This document shows positions 1 to 9,856 of a stretch of DNA of 64,000 nt, in pieces. The notes under the pieces were generated by a model. That model was given only the letters and a program-made list of their open reading frames with translations. It was not told the origin of the DNA and did not search any database. The stretch covers positions 128,001 to 192,000 of the forward strand of contig CBDIIB010000003.1 of the NCBI GenBank assembly GCA_965279525.1, given 5' to 3'. This DNA comes from Tagaea sp. (GTDB lineage Bacteria; Pseudomonadota; Alphaproteobacteria; CACIAM-22H2). The position numbers were made by a program, and so were the translations under genes. Position 1 is the stretch's first letter, and every line of letters starts with the position of its first letter.

Positions 1-279
1 TGCCTTCTGGAGCGGATGGAGTTCTGTACCTGTCGCCAGGCCCTCGACGGTAACGATTTTCGACCCTTGAGCCTGGACTGCGAACATCAGGCAGGAGCGT
101 ACAGGTTGCCCATCCATGCTGACCGTACATGTCCCACAAACGCCGTGCTCGCATCCAAGATGGGTGCCGGTCAGCCCGCACTCCTCGCGGAGCGCGTCGG
201 CGAGGGTTCGCCTGGGCTCCACCTTGATCCGGTACTCGCGGGCATTGACCGAAAGCGTCACATCAATCGCGTCTGTCAT
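1..279 (-). CDS. (2Fe-2S)-binding small subunit of a xanthine dehydrogenase/CODH-family molybdenum hydroxylase (CoxS-like), 3' end outside window
   Basis: Not in ORF track; manual translation from ATG at 279 gives MTDAIDVTLSVN...LTGTHLGCEHGVCGTCTV...VRSCLMFA...LHPLQKA; ATGA overlap with the FAD subunit stop. Confidence 0.93.
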   Translation of the reverse strand, partial: MTDAIDVTLSVNAREYRIKVEPRRTLADALREECGLTGTHLGCEHGVCGTCTVSMDGQPVRSCLMFAVQAQGSKIVTVEGLATGTELHPLQKA

Positions 280-1136
280 GTGATGCTGCCTTCCAAAGCG
301 CGCTGGACCACGGCTTGCGCCAGCTCACGGCGGTACGGGCCGGGAAATTCTTCGTCATCGAGCGGCTCGACCGCATTCTGGGTTGCGACAGCGGTCTGTC
401 GGAACAGATCGGCTCCGACTTTACCGGACCCGAGTACGGCTTCCGCTGCGGCGATACGTCTTGGAAAAGCTTCGACACCGCCGACGCCGATCCGCGGATC
501 CAGGGCCTGTCCGCTCGAAAGTCGGTAAAGCACGAGGGATGCTGCCATTGCAAAGTCACCCTTGCGACGGCTTACTTCGTAAAAACCGAATCTCGTATCA
601 TCGGTAAGAAGGGGTATGCGAACCTTCGCGATGATTTCATCTTCGGCCAGATTGTTGGCCATGATGCCCGTATAGAAGTCCTGCGCCGGAATGATCCGCT
701 CGCCGCGTACGCTCACAAGCACGACTTCTGCGCCGACAGTCGTCGAAACAAGACACCATTCAGAGGCGGGATCCGAGTTGGCAATACTGCCGCAAAACGT
801 GCCCCGCGAGCGAATGGGCGCATGGGCGATGTTGCGTACAACTGCCGAGAGAAGGCGGCCAAGTTGGCCGCTGCCCGGAAGCGGCTGCTCCAGCGAATTG
901 TGACGTACCGTCGCGCCGATCGACAGTGCGCCATTCTCGATCGAGATTTTCCCGAACTCCGGAATCCTGTTGATATCGATAACGTGCCGGGGGCGCGCCA
1001 AACGAAACGCCATCATCGGAACGAGCGTCTGGCCGCCCGCCATTATCCGCCCGTCGTCGGGCGCCAATGTCGAAATCAGGTTGACCGCTTCGCTCAGGCT
1101 CGTCGGTGCGTGATATGTGAATGGCGCTGGTTTCAT
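276..1136 (-). CDS. FAD-binding medium subunit of molybdenum hydroxylase (CoxM-like)
   Basis: MKPAPFTYHAP start, AGGQTL FAD motif, IRSRGTFCGSIANSDP. Confidence 0.93.
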   Translation of the reverse strand: MKPAPFTYHAPTSLSEAVNLISTLAPDDGRIMAGGQTLVPMMAFRLARPRHVIDINRIPEFGKISIENGALSIGATVRHNSLEQPLPGSGQLGRLLSAVVRNIAHAPIRSRGTFCGSIANSDPASEWCLVSTTVGAEVVLVSVRGERIIPAQDFYTGIMANNLAEDEIIAKVRIPLLTDDTRFGFYEVSRRKGDFAMAASLVLYRLSSGQALDPRIGVGGVEAFPRRIAAAEAVLGSGKVGADLFRQTAVATQNAVEPLDDEEFPGPYRRELAQAVVQRALEGSIT

Positions 1137-1191
1137 GTCTAGCCGACATTCCCTAAACCAGTACTCTGCGACGAAATCTCGCTCGGAGCAA

Positions 1192-2193
1192 TCATGCGAG
1201 GACTCTCGTCAGCGACAAGTCGTCCCGAATGCACGCCGTGTAGTGATCCTCTCCAACTTTCCGCAACGTCGGAACGATCTGCGCGCACTCGGGGCGCACA
1301 TAGCTGCACCGTGTGCGGAACACGCAGCCACTCGGCGGATTTGCCGCACTCGGAATCTCGCCTGTCGGGAAAATCTTGCGTTGATAGCCGGGTTCAGGCT
1401 GCGGAACGGCCGAGATCAGCATTTCCGTATAGGGATGCTTGTAATTGCTGCAAACTTCCGTGCTCGGACCAATTTCCATGACTCGCCCGAGATAAAGGAC
1501 AGCAATCCGGTCGGAGATGTACTCCATTGCCGCAAGATCGTGGGAAATGAAGAGCATCGACAGTCCCAGCCGCCCCTTCAGTTCGATCAGCAATGCAATG
1601 ATCTGGGCTTGGATCGACACGTCGAGCGCGGATACGGGCTCGTCGGCAACGATGAATTCAGGATTCACGGCAAGCGCACGCGCGATGACAATCCGCTGCC
1701 GCTGGCCGCCAGACATCTGGCCGGGCCGACGCTTCAAGTAGTCACTCGAAAGCGAGACGCTGTCGAGCAGCTCAACTGCCCTGTCTCGCCGTTCTACCGC
1801 GCTTCGGCCGATACCCTGGACAATCAGTGGCTCGCTCAGAACCTCTTCGATCGTCATCTGCGGATTGAGAGCCGCCAACGGATCCTGGAAAATGATCTGC
1901 ATACGCCTTCTGAACTGGCGCAGATCGGACGATTTGAGTGCAGTCACGTCGACGCCGTCGAACACGATGCGGCCGGCGCTTGGCTCGACGAGGCGAAGAA
2001 CGGAGCGGCCGATCGTGGTCTTGCCGGATCCTGACTCACCCGCCAGCCCCAGAACTTCATGCGATCTAACCGTGAATGACACGTCATCGACGGCCTTGAC
2101 CTGGCCGATCTTGCGCCCGAAGACGCCACGGGTGATGTCAAACCACTTCCGGAGACCTTCGACACGCAGGAGAGGCGGCGTCTCTGAAGTCAT
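1192..2193 (-). CDS. Oligopeptide/dipeptide-type ABC transporter ATP-binding protein (DppF/OppF-like)
   Basis: Walker A GESGSGKT, MSGGQRQR, C-terminal PPSGCVFRTRC; start moved to ATG 2193 (overlaps upstream stop). Confidence 0.93.
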   Translation of the reverse strand: MTSETPPLLRVEGLRKWFDITRGVFGRKIGQVKAVDDVSFTVRSHEVLGLAGESGSGKTTIGRSVLRLVEPSAGRIVFDGVDVTALKSSDLRQFRRRMQIIFQDPLAALNPQMTIEEVLSEPLIVQGIGRSAVERRDRAVELLDSVSLSSDYLKRRPGQMSGGQRQRIVIARALAVNPEFIVADEPVSALDVSIQAQIIALLIELKGRLGLSMLFISHDLAAMEYISDRIAVLYLGRVMEIGPSTEVCSNYKHPYTEMLISAVPQPEPGYQRKIFPTGEIPSAANPPSGCVFRTRCSYVRPECAQIVPTLRKVGEDHYTACIRDDLSLTRVLA

Positions 2194-3200
2194 TGAGCTG
2201 CCCTCGCGATGTCTTGCCAACGTACACAACGCACTTGATGCCCCTGCTCGATAGCTTCCAGCTCCGGAACCGAGGTGTCGCACACACCACCGACAAACTG
2301 GCTGCACCGGGGATGGAACTTGCAGCCACTTGGCAGTGCGAGCGGGCTTGGAAGGCTCCCGGGAATCGGTTCGATCGGTGTCCCAAGCGACTTCTTGCGG
2401 CCGAGACGCGGAAGAGATTTCAGCAAGCCAGACGTGTAGGGCATCCGCGGGCGCGTGAACAATTCGTTGACCGTACCCGACTCGACGACTTCGCCTGCGT
2501 ACATGACGATGGCGCGGTCTGCGATCTCCGCGACGAGGCCGAGATTGTGGGTAATGAACAGGATTGCCATGCCAGTCTGCTTCTGGATGCGCTTCAGATG
2601 TTCGACAATCTGTGCCTGGATGGTGACATCCAGCGCGGTTGTCGGTTCATCGGCTATCAGCAGTGACGGTCGACTCGCCAGAGCCATGGCAATCATGACG
2701 CGCTGACGCATCCCGCCAGAAAGCCGATGCTGGAAGGTGCTCATGCACTTTTCCGGGTCCGGCATTCCGACGGCTTCGAGCGCCTTTATCGAGGCCGCAT
2801 GCGCTTCCCGATAGGAAAGACGTTGGTGCACGCGAGCGGCTTCGCACATCTGCGTGCCGATCGTGAATACCGGATCGAGCGAAGACATAGGTTCCTGGAA
2901 GATCATCGCGACTTCGTTGCCGCGGACCTTGCGTATCTCCGCCGCGTTCAGTGCCAGCAAGTCGGCCTGCGTGCCGTCCTTCCGCTTCAAGTGAATGCTT
3001 CCGGAGATCGTCGCAGTTGGAATGAGCTGCATTGTCGCCAGCCCGGTTGTGGACTTGCCCGAACCCGACTCACCGACCAAAGCGACGATCTCGCCCGGAT
3101 TTATCTGAAAACTCACATTCCGGACGGCATGAATCGCACCTTGTGGCGATTGGAACGACACCGAAATGTCGTCGACTTCCAGTAGAGCATTCCGGCCCAT
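2190..3200 (-). CDS. Oligopeptide/dipeptide-type ABC transporter ATP-binding protein (DppD/OppD-like)
   Basis: [35 protein letters not shown]. Confidence 0.94.
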   Translation of the reverse strand: MGRNALLEVDDISVSFQSPQGAIHAVRNVSFQINPGEIVALVGESGSGKSTTGLATMQLIPTATISGSIHLKRKDGTQADLLALNAAEIRKVRGNEVAMIFQEPMSSLDPVFTIGTQMCEAARVHQRLSYREAHAASIKALEAVGMPDPEKCMSTFQHRLSGGMRQRVMIAMALASRPSLLIADEPTTALDVTIQAQIVEHLKRIQKQTGMAILFITHNLGLVAEIADRAIVMYAGEVVESGTVNELFTRPRMPYTSGLLKSLPRLGRKKSLGTPIEPIPGSLPSPLALPSGCKFHPRCSQFVGGVCDTSVPELEAIEQGHQVRCVRWQDIARAAQ

Positions 3201-3203
3201 CCA

Positions 3204-3986
3204 CTATTCCTCTCGATAGCCCAGCATGTAGAAGCCGAAAATAGTGAACGCGACGGCGAATCCGGGCGCCAAGCTCATAAATGGATTGATGGTCAGGTAG
3301 TCGACGCCGCTACGCACCATTCCACCCCAGTCGGCGGTCGGCGGCGGCACGCCCAGGCCAAGAAAGCTGAGGCTTGACGACGTGAAGATCGAGAACGCCA
3401 CGACGGTCGCAAGCTGTACCGCCACCAGGCGGAAGATGTTTGGCCAGATATGGCGAACGATGATCCATGCCGTTCCGCCGCCCACAGCGCGCGCCGCCTC
3501 GACGTATACCGATTCACGAATTGCGAATGTCTGACCTCGGGCCAGGCGCGCCACGCCGGGCCAGGCGACAAAGCCGAGCACCAAGATGATGTTGAGCATC
3601 GTTGCTCCCGTCATCGCGATGATGATGAGAGCAAGCACGAGACCGGGAAGTGCGATGAACAGATTGATGAACTGCATCGCGACCAGATCGATGGTTCGCC
3701 CGAGATATCCGGCAGCCAAGCCGATGGGAACGCCGATCAGTCCCGCGACGATTGCCGATCCGACGCCGATCAGAAGGGATACTCTCGCCCCGTAGAGAAC
3801 TCGGCTGAAGATGTCCCGCCCAAGCTGATCGGTTCCGAGCCAGTGCTGGGTCGAAGGAGTCTCGAAAAGGCGAACGCTTGTCGAGGACGGATCGATCGGC
3901 GCGATCCATGGCGCGGCGATCGCCATTACAGCCACAAATGAAACGATCGACAGTCCAATCAGCGCGTTGCGGTTCTGCATTGTCAA
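3204..3986 (-). CDS. Peptide-type ABC transporter permease (DppC-like)
   Basis: HWLGTDQLGRD, EAA motif YVEAARAVG, hydrophobic helices. Confidence 0.93.
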   Translation of the reverse strand: MTMQNRNALIGLSIVSFVAVMAIAAPWIAPIDPSSTSVRLFETPSTQHWLGTDQLGRDIFSRVLYGARVSLLIGVGSAIVAGLIGVPIGLAAGYLGRTIDLVAMQFINLFIALPGLVLALIIIAMTGATMLNIILVLGFVAWPGVARLARGQTFAIRESVYVEAARAVGGGTAWIIVRHIWPNIFRLVAVQLATVVAFSIFTSSSLSFLGLGVPPPTADWGGMVRSGVDYLTINPFMSLAPGFAVAFTIFGFYMLGYREE

Positions 3987-4921
3987 TCGAGCCTGATCTG
4001 GGGATTCGCGGCGACATAGAGCAAGTCAGCCAAAAGGTTCAGTATGACGACGCTTATGATCGTGATCATGCCGATCGCGAGAAAGACGGGGAAATCGCGC
4101 GACAGCAGAGCACTTGTAAAGAGAGTGCCGACGCCGGGGATCGAGAACACCGTCTCGGCAACGAGCGCGCCTGCGGCGAGCTGGCCAAGACTGCTTCCGA
4201 CTTGCGTGATTACCGGCAGGATGGAATTCGGCAGAATGTGTTTGAAAGAAACGGCACTCTCGGAAAGCCCCTTTGCACGCGCCACCTGGATGTAGAGGCG
4301 GCGGGACGTTGCCCGATATTCGGCGCGGTAAACGAGTCCAAACGAAGCGAAGTAGTAAGCGGCAACAGTCAACACCGGCAGGATGAGATGGAGCAGATGT
4401 TCGCCGATGCCCGCTGACCAGGGCGCCCACCCAGACGTGGGAAGAATGCCCAGTACGACCGAGAAGATGTAAGTAAGAGTGATTCCGAGCATGAAGTTCG
4501 GAACCGTGATTCCGATTAGACTAAGTATGTTCACGAGAGGTCGGACGACCGTGCTCCCGACCGTGATGCTGCTGAAGACAACAGAGGTTGTCACTGCAAC
4601 CACCATGCCCAGTAAAGCAAGCTCGATGCTGGGCAGGAATCGCGGCAAGAGTGCGTCGACGACGCGCTGGTTCGTCGCATAGGACCGGCCGAAGTCGCCG
4701 TGCAGAGCTTTCCACATCCAGTCGAAGTACTGCACGTATAGCGGGCGATCGAAGCCGTACTGGCGCTCGAGCTCTAGTATCCGCTCGGGCGTAGCATCGA
4801 GACCCAGCATGAGTGTCGCCGGGCTTCCCAAGGCCCCCAGAATCGCAAAAAACAGCAACATGGAAATCAGAATGATGTTTGGGATGCCAAGCAATAGGCG
4901 CCGGACAATCAAGCTAAGCAT
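3983..4921 (-). CDS. Peptide-type ABC transporter permease (DppB-like)
   Basis: GFDRPLYVQY, GDFGRSY, ARAKGL, ETVFSIPGVG, NPQIR. Confidence 0.92.
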   Translation of the reverse strand: MLSLIVRRLLLGIPNIILISMLLFFAILGALGSPATLMLGLDATPERILELERQYGFDRPLYVQYFDWMWKALHGDFGRSYATNQRVVDALLPRFLPSIELALLGMVVAVTTSVVFSSITVGSTVVRPLVNILSLIGITVPNFMLGITLTYIFSVVLGILPTSGWAPWSAGIGEHLLHLILPVLTVAAYYFASFGLVYRAEYRATSRRLYIQVARAKGLSESAVSFKHILPNSILPVITQVGSSLGQLAAGALVAETVFSIPGVGTLFTSALLSRDFPVFLAIGMITIISVVILNLLADLLYVAANPQIRLD

Positions 4922-5173
4922 TGACCAAATTCCGAAATGGCTGGGGTTGTGAGGGACGGAAGCGTGCTCGTGAGCCTTGCCTTGCCGATGCGCCTATCTC
5001 GGTAAATTCCAGTTGTGCGGAGCAACCCGGGTGCGGCGCCATACGCCGCCTCGAAAAGGCTCACCGCCGAGTGTGTCCCAAATTGTTTCAGAGGTCAGCC
5101 CTCGGAGAGTTCAGAACTTCATCTAATGTCCAATTTTCAATATCAGCGGGCAATAAATGTGTCAATTGCCAAC

Positions 5174-5190
5174 TGTACCGAAATTGGAAT
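5174..5190. promoter_or_regulatory. Candidate GntR operator, module A
   Basis: TGTACCGAAATTGGAAT in the divergent permease/coxG gap; similar sites at 9672, 14682 and 27041. Confidence 0.45.
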
Positions 5191-5276
5191 TGGTGCTAAT
5201 TTTGAGCATCCGCTGTGGTCGATCAAGTACTCCGTCGTGCCCTCGCGTCGGGAGCCAAAGGAGCAGAGTAAAAGCT

Positions 5277-5870
5277 ATGGAATTCGAAAACTCGTTCGAG
5301 GTACCGCTCCCGCCGGATCGGGCATGGGCTGTGTTGCTCGACATTCCCAACATGGTGAAGTGCATGCCTGGCGCGGAGCTGGTCGAGATTGTCGATGAAA
5401 CGACATTCAAAGGAAAAGTTACCGTTCGCCTTGGCCCCGTCACGATGAACTTCGCAGGTACGGTCAAGTTCACAGAGATGGATCCGACAAGCCATCGTGC
5501 ATTGGCGAATGCGCGCGGTAATGATGCAAAGGGACGTGGGGCTGCGAACGCGAATGTCCGCTTTGGGCTGGACCCATCACCGGCTGGCTCACTCGTGACC
5601 ATCCACACGACATTGTCGCTTACGGGAGCAGTCGCCCAGTATGGTCGGGCATCCGGTGTGATCAAGGAACTTGCGAACCAGATCACGTCCGAGTTCGCTC
5701 GCCGCCTCCGGGCTCAGATCGATGCGGAAAGTGTCGCGGTCACCGGTACTCCAGTGGAGTCCGCATCAGCGCTTCCGCCGCCCCCAGTCGAAAGTCTGTC
5801 GGCTGGAAAGCTCTTGTGGAGTGTGATTCGGGCTTATATTTCAAGACTCTTCGGCCGCGGTCAGGGATAG
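5277..5870 (+). CDS. coxG: CoxG/SRPBCC family molybdenum hydroxylase accessory protein
   Basis: MEFENSFEV...CMPGAEL...VRLGPV...GAVAQYGR with hydrophobic C-terminal anchor; start taken at ATG 5277. Confidence 0.85.
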   Translation: MEFENSFEVPLPPDRAWAVLLDIPNMVKCMPGAELVEIVDETTFKGKVTVRLGPVTMNFAGTVKFTEMDPTSHRALANARGNDAKGRGAANANVRFGLDPSPAGSLVTIHTTLSLTGAVAQYGRASGVIKELANQITSEFARRLRAQIDAESVAVTGTPVESASALPPPPVESLSAGKLLWSVIRAYISRLFGRGQG

Positions 5871-5955
5871 CCGTCTTCAATTGCGACTTCCTTCTGGTAT
5901 CTTGCGTCGATGAGCGTACGGCAAATGCGCCTCCTGGACGTAAGGACCGGATGGA

Positions 5956-6747
5956 ATGGGAAGGAATGGTAATAGATCATTGCGAATTGGGCGAACCCCT
6001 CCCAGTCTGCGGGAGCTTGCGACAGTCAAGATCCGAAACGCGATCCTGAGCATCCACTACAAGCCGCAGCAGAAGCTGACGGAGCGCATGCTCTGTGCCG
6101 AGACGGGTGTCAGCCGGACTTCCATCCGGGAGGCGCTTCGGCAGCTCGAGGCGGAAGGGTTGGTCGAGCGAGTGCCGCGGCGCGGACTTATGGTCGCCGC
6201 AGTGTCCCCGTCGGAGGCCAGGCAGATCTATGAAGTCCGGCTCGCCCTAGAGACGACTTTGTCACGACTGTTTGTCGAGCGCGCAGCCATCAAGGACATC
6301 GAGGCTCTGCGTTCGGCGTGCGATGCCATCGAACGCGACATGAGCCGAAAGCCGGTGACGAATTACGTCCAGTCGATAGATCGCTTCTTCGACATCCTGA
6401 TGCGAGGCGCCGGCAACGAGGTTGCCCGCTCCATACTTCGCAATCTTCGGGCTCGGATAAGCTATTTGCGGGCGCTTACTGCGGAAGCGTCCGGGCCGGA
6501 GCGGGGCAAGGAAACGCTCGAGATCATGCGCGGCGTTGTAGATGCTGCCGTCCGTCGCGATGCGGACGACATCGTGCAGCGTTGCAAACACATGGTCGAA
6601 CGCTCGGCGCGCTATGCGATTGCGCTGCTTACCAGGCTTGAGGCGGAGTCGGACGCAGCCAAGAAAAGCCAGCCAGTTCGGCGGAAGCGCGCATTGCCGC
6701 TCAGGCGGCGAAAGTTTTCGGCAACCAGAGAGCTCGGAAGCGGTTAG
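5956..6747 (+). CDS. GntR family transcriptional regulator (FCD domain)
   Basis: HTH TERMLCAETGVSRTSIREALRQLEAEGLV. Confidence 0.92.
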   Translation: MGRNGNRSLRIGRTPPSLRELATVKIRNAILSIHYKPQQKLTERMLCAETGVSRTSIREALRQLEAEGLVERVPRRGLMVAAVSPSEARQIYEVRLALETTLSRLFVERAAIKDIEALRSACDAIERDMSRKPVTNYVQSIDRFFDILMRGAGNEVARSILRNLRARISYLRALTAEASGPERGKETLEIMRGVVDAAVRRDADDIVQRCKHMVERSARYAIALLTRLEAESDAAKKSQPVRRKRALPLRRRKFSATRELGSG

Positions 6748-6759
6748 CGAAACGCAATG

Positions 6760-7761
6760 TTATGGTTCGTCCTTGTCGTGAACCACGACGACTCGACCGT
6801 ACGCCTTACGATCCCGAACCGCCCGCAGAGCATCCTGGAATTCCTCCAGTGGATACTTTGTCATCGGCAAGGACGCAATTTTTCCCGTCTGGAACCAATC
6901 GAATAGTTCCCGATAGCATGTCTCGACTTGCTCGGGCCGCTTCTTTCGGTAGTCACTGACTTGCAGTCCCGTCACTTCGATATTCTTCAATAGAACGTAG
7001 TTCACCTTGAGCGTCGGAATTCGCCCAGCCGCGAATCCAATGACGACCAGGCGACCGCACCAAGCAAGTGCCCGGATCGCCGCGTCAAAGATATCCCCGC
7101 CGAGGGGGTCGAGAACAATGTCTGCGCCTCGCCCGCCTGTAAGCTCGTGAACCTGTGCTCGCAGGCTATCGTGCAGGTCCGGTCGCGCCAGATCGACAAT
7201 TGAGTCGGCGCCGGCCGCACGCACAAGGGGGATTTTGTCGGGGTTCGAGATGCCGGCCATCACGAAGGCACCCATGGCCTTCGCGATCTGGATCGCACCA
7301 ATTCCCACGGCACCCGAGGCGCCAAGAACAAGAACAGTGTCTCCAGCCTTGTATCTGGCGCGATCCTTCAGTGCGAACCAAGCGGTGTCGTTGGCGACTG
7401 CCATCGATGACGCTTCGGCGAAATTCATCGACGGTGGCAGAACGTAGCATTGAGATTCCGAAACGGTGACGAGCTCGGCGTATCCACCGATTTCTGCCAT
7501 CGCGAGGACCCTGTCGCCGATCTTCAGCTTCTTCACGTCCGGACCAAGTCCGACTACGACGCCTGCCGGACCTTTGCCGGGAACGAATGGCGGCTTCGGA
7601 AGAAACTGATACTTTCCGGTAATCACCAACTGATCGACATAGTTGACGGTGGTCGCGTGGGTGCGTACCAGCACTTCGCCCGAGGCTGGAACCGGGTCGG
7701 GCATCGTTCCCAAGCGCAAGTTCTCGATTGGCCCGAAAGCGTCGACGATTATGGCGCGCAT
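6760..7761 (-). CDS. NADPH:quinone oxidoreductase (zeta-crystallin/MDR family)
   Basis: GKYQFLPKPPFVPG, LGASGAVG, GRLVVIGFAAG. Confidence 0.9.
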   Translation of the reverse strand: MRAIIVDAFGPIENLRLGTMPDPVPASGEVLVRTHATTVNYVDQLVITGKYQFLPKPPFVPGKGPAGVVVGLGPDVKKLKIGDRVLAMAEIGGYAELVTVSESQCYVLPPSMNFAEASSMAVANDTAWFALKDRARYKAGDTVLVLGASGAVGIGAIQIAKAMGAFVMAGISNPDKIPLVRAAGADSIVDLARPDLHDSLRAQVHELTGGRGADIVLDPLGGDIFDAAIRALAWCGRLVVIGFAAGRIPTLKVNYVLLKNIEVTGLQVSDYRKKRPEQVETCYRELFDWFQTGKIASLPMTKYPLEEFQDALRAVRDRKAYGRVVVVHDKDEP

Positions 7762-7799
7762 GTTTCCTTCACTCGCACGTCTAAGAATTTCCGATCGGA

Positions 7800-9464
7800 C
7801 TATTGGGCCCGACGGATCGCGACGGGGTGTTCTCGGCCCGACTTGACCGCTTCGACAATCTCGATTTTTCGAATTTTTCCGCTAGCGGTTAGCGGGATCC
7901 GTTCGAGCTCGAGGAAGTACTCCGGCATATCATATTTCGAAAGTCCACCCAGGTTCAGATACTCAAGAATGTCGACTGGTGTGGCCTTCTTTCCGTTACG
8001 GAACTCGACGGCAAGGCAGACTTTTTCGCCGAGCCGCTCATCGGATACCGGGATGGCTGCAACGCGCTCGATGCTTTGATGCTGCGATGCAATCGCCTCG
8101 AGCTTTGCGGGAAAAATCTTGTGTCCGCCGCGGTTGATCACATCCTTCTTCCTGCCGGTAATTCGCAGATAGCCATTCCCGTCGATCCAGCCCAGGTCGT
8201 TGGTCATGAACCAGCCATGGACATTGAACGAATCTTCGGTGGCTGCTTGGTCGTTGAAGTACCCGAGCATCAAGCTGGCACCTCTGCCGCCGATCTCGCC
8301 GATTTCGCCGACGGGCATTTCGTCGGCCGAATTTTCGGCGTTCCAGATCTTTATCTCATATCCCTTGCAGGCGCGGCCGACAGTATCGGTAAGCAGCTTT
8401 GCTTCGTCGCTCGGGTGAGTGTACTGGTGCGAGCAAGTCTCGGTCATTCCATAGCCAACTTGTGGCTTGATGCCGTAGCCCAGAAGTTCGCTGATCACCC
8501 AACTGGGTGCCGAAGCACCGGATACGCGGAATCCGGCGAGCTTCGGGAGTTTGACTGCCGTCCGGCTGCGCATTTCCGATAGAAGATCGATCGCATGCGT
8601 CGGCACTCCGAAAAGAAACGTAGCGCCGGTCTGCTTCAATCTGTCCAGAAGGCTCGCACCTTTTGGAAGGTCATGGACGATGATCTCGCCACCGACGATC
8701 AAGGTCATGATCATCGCGCCAAAGCCAAGATTGTGGCTCAGTGTTCCCAGCGTGTAGACGTTCGAATTCGCGTCGATGGACCAATCGCTTGAAATCGTTC
8801 TGGCATTGGCGAGCAGAGTATTGTCGCTGTGCATTACGCCCTTGGGAGCGCCAGTGGTCCCGGACGTGAATGCGAGATAGACGACGCTATCTGGGTCATT
8901 GTCTGGCGGAACCGGATTCAATTCGGCGGCCGCATCCGCCGACCACGGCAGCGAGAGCGGATCACCGCCATGCTCGTCGATTTGCCCGAGAACATATGTG
9001 TGGCGGATGGATGGAATTGTCGTCACTCGAGCAACGATGTCGTTCCGGTCGCTATCAGCGCCGAACCCGCGCTGCGTGATGAGAACCGAAGCCCGGATCT
9101 TCTGGAGTAGTTCCGCGACATCGCTCACGGTGTGGTCGCGATGCAGTGAAGGACAGCAAATATATCCGTTACGCGAGCAAGCGAGGACGGCAATGGCCAC
9201 TTCGATACGGCTTGCGACCCAAACGGCGACGCGTTGCCCTGCGCAAATGCCGCGATACTGCAGGGCTCGAGCGAGTGAATCGGCCTCGCGAACGAGTTGC
9301 CTGTAGGTCAGCCGCCTCGAACGGTCCCGGATGGCGAATTTATCGGGTGACGCATTGGCTCGGTTTGCGACAAGCGAATAGAACGTGTCGCTTTTCCATA
9401 GCCCATCCCGATAGTGCCGCTCAAGTCGATCTCGGTTCAGCGTGGTCAGCAGATGTGTTGTCAT
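7800..9464 (-). CDS. AMP-dependent acyl-CoA synthetase, possibly 2-furoate-CoA ligase (HmfD)-like
   Basis: FTSGTTGAPKG, GYGMTE, GRKKDVINRGG, TASGKI; alternative start 9512. Confidence 0.88.
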   Translation of the reverse strand: MTTHLLTTLNRDRLERHYRDGLWKSDTFYSLVANRANASPDKFAIRDRSRRLTYRQLVREADSLARALQYRGICAGQRVAVWVASRIEVAIAVLACSRNGYICCPSLHRDHTVSDVAELLQKIRASVLITQRGFGADSDRNDIVARVTTIPSIRHTYVLGQIDEHGGDPLSLPWSADAAAELNPVPPDNDPDSVVYLAFTSGTTGAPKGVMHSDNTLLANARTISSDWSIDANSNVYTLGTLSHNLGFGAMIMTLIVGGEIIVHDLPKGASLLDRLKQTGATFLFGVPTHAIDLLSEMRSRTAVKLPKLAGFRVSGASAPSWVISELLGYGIKPQVGYGMTETCSHQYTHPSDEAKLLTDTVGRACKGYEIKIWNAENSADEMPVGEIGEIGGRGASLMLGYFNDQAATEDSFNVHGWFMTNDLGWIDGNGYLRITGRKKDVINRGGHKIFPAKLEAIASQHQSIERVAAIPVSDERLGEKVCLAVEFRNGKKATPVDILEYLNLGGLSKYDMPEYFLELERIPLTASGKIRKIEIVEAVKSGREHPVAIRRAQ

Positions 9465-9671
9465 TTCGCTTTTAATTCTCATCACGGGAGCGTAATTTTC
9501 GCTCGCGCCCATCCCAAAATCAAGAATAATCCAGAAAATGGGAATTCGGTAATGATTTGTCTTTCAACCACCTTGGAATCGGTAGCGGGACCTTCGGAGT
9601 AGCCGCGCCTTTTCAAAGCCGATGAAGGGCTAAGTCATGTGCAGCGGAGATAGATTGGGTTCGTACGGCGG

Positions 9672-9688
9672 GTACAAAGTTTGGAACA
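9672..9688. promoter_or_regulatory. Candidate GntR operator, module A
   Basis: GTACAAAGTTTGGAACA in the divergent ligase/TauD gap. Confidence 0.4.
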
Positions 9689-9856
9689 GTAGTGAGCTTA
9701 GTGGCGACCGATCGGTCGAACTGGCCGGATTTGCGATTTCCGGCCGGGAACAGTCGAAACGGCGTGGCCGTTCCGAGAATTCGCTCGTGAGTGTGGGCTG
9801 ACCAGGATGAGCGTTGTTGATGTGGTTGTGCTTCGGCACCGAGTTGGGAGATCGAT

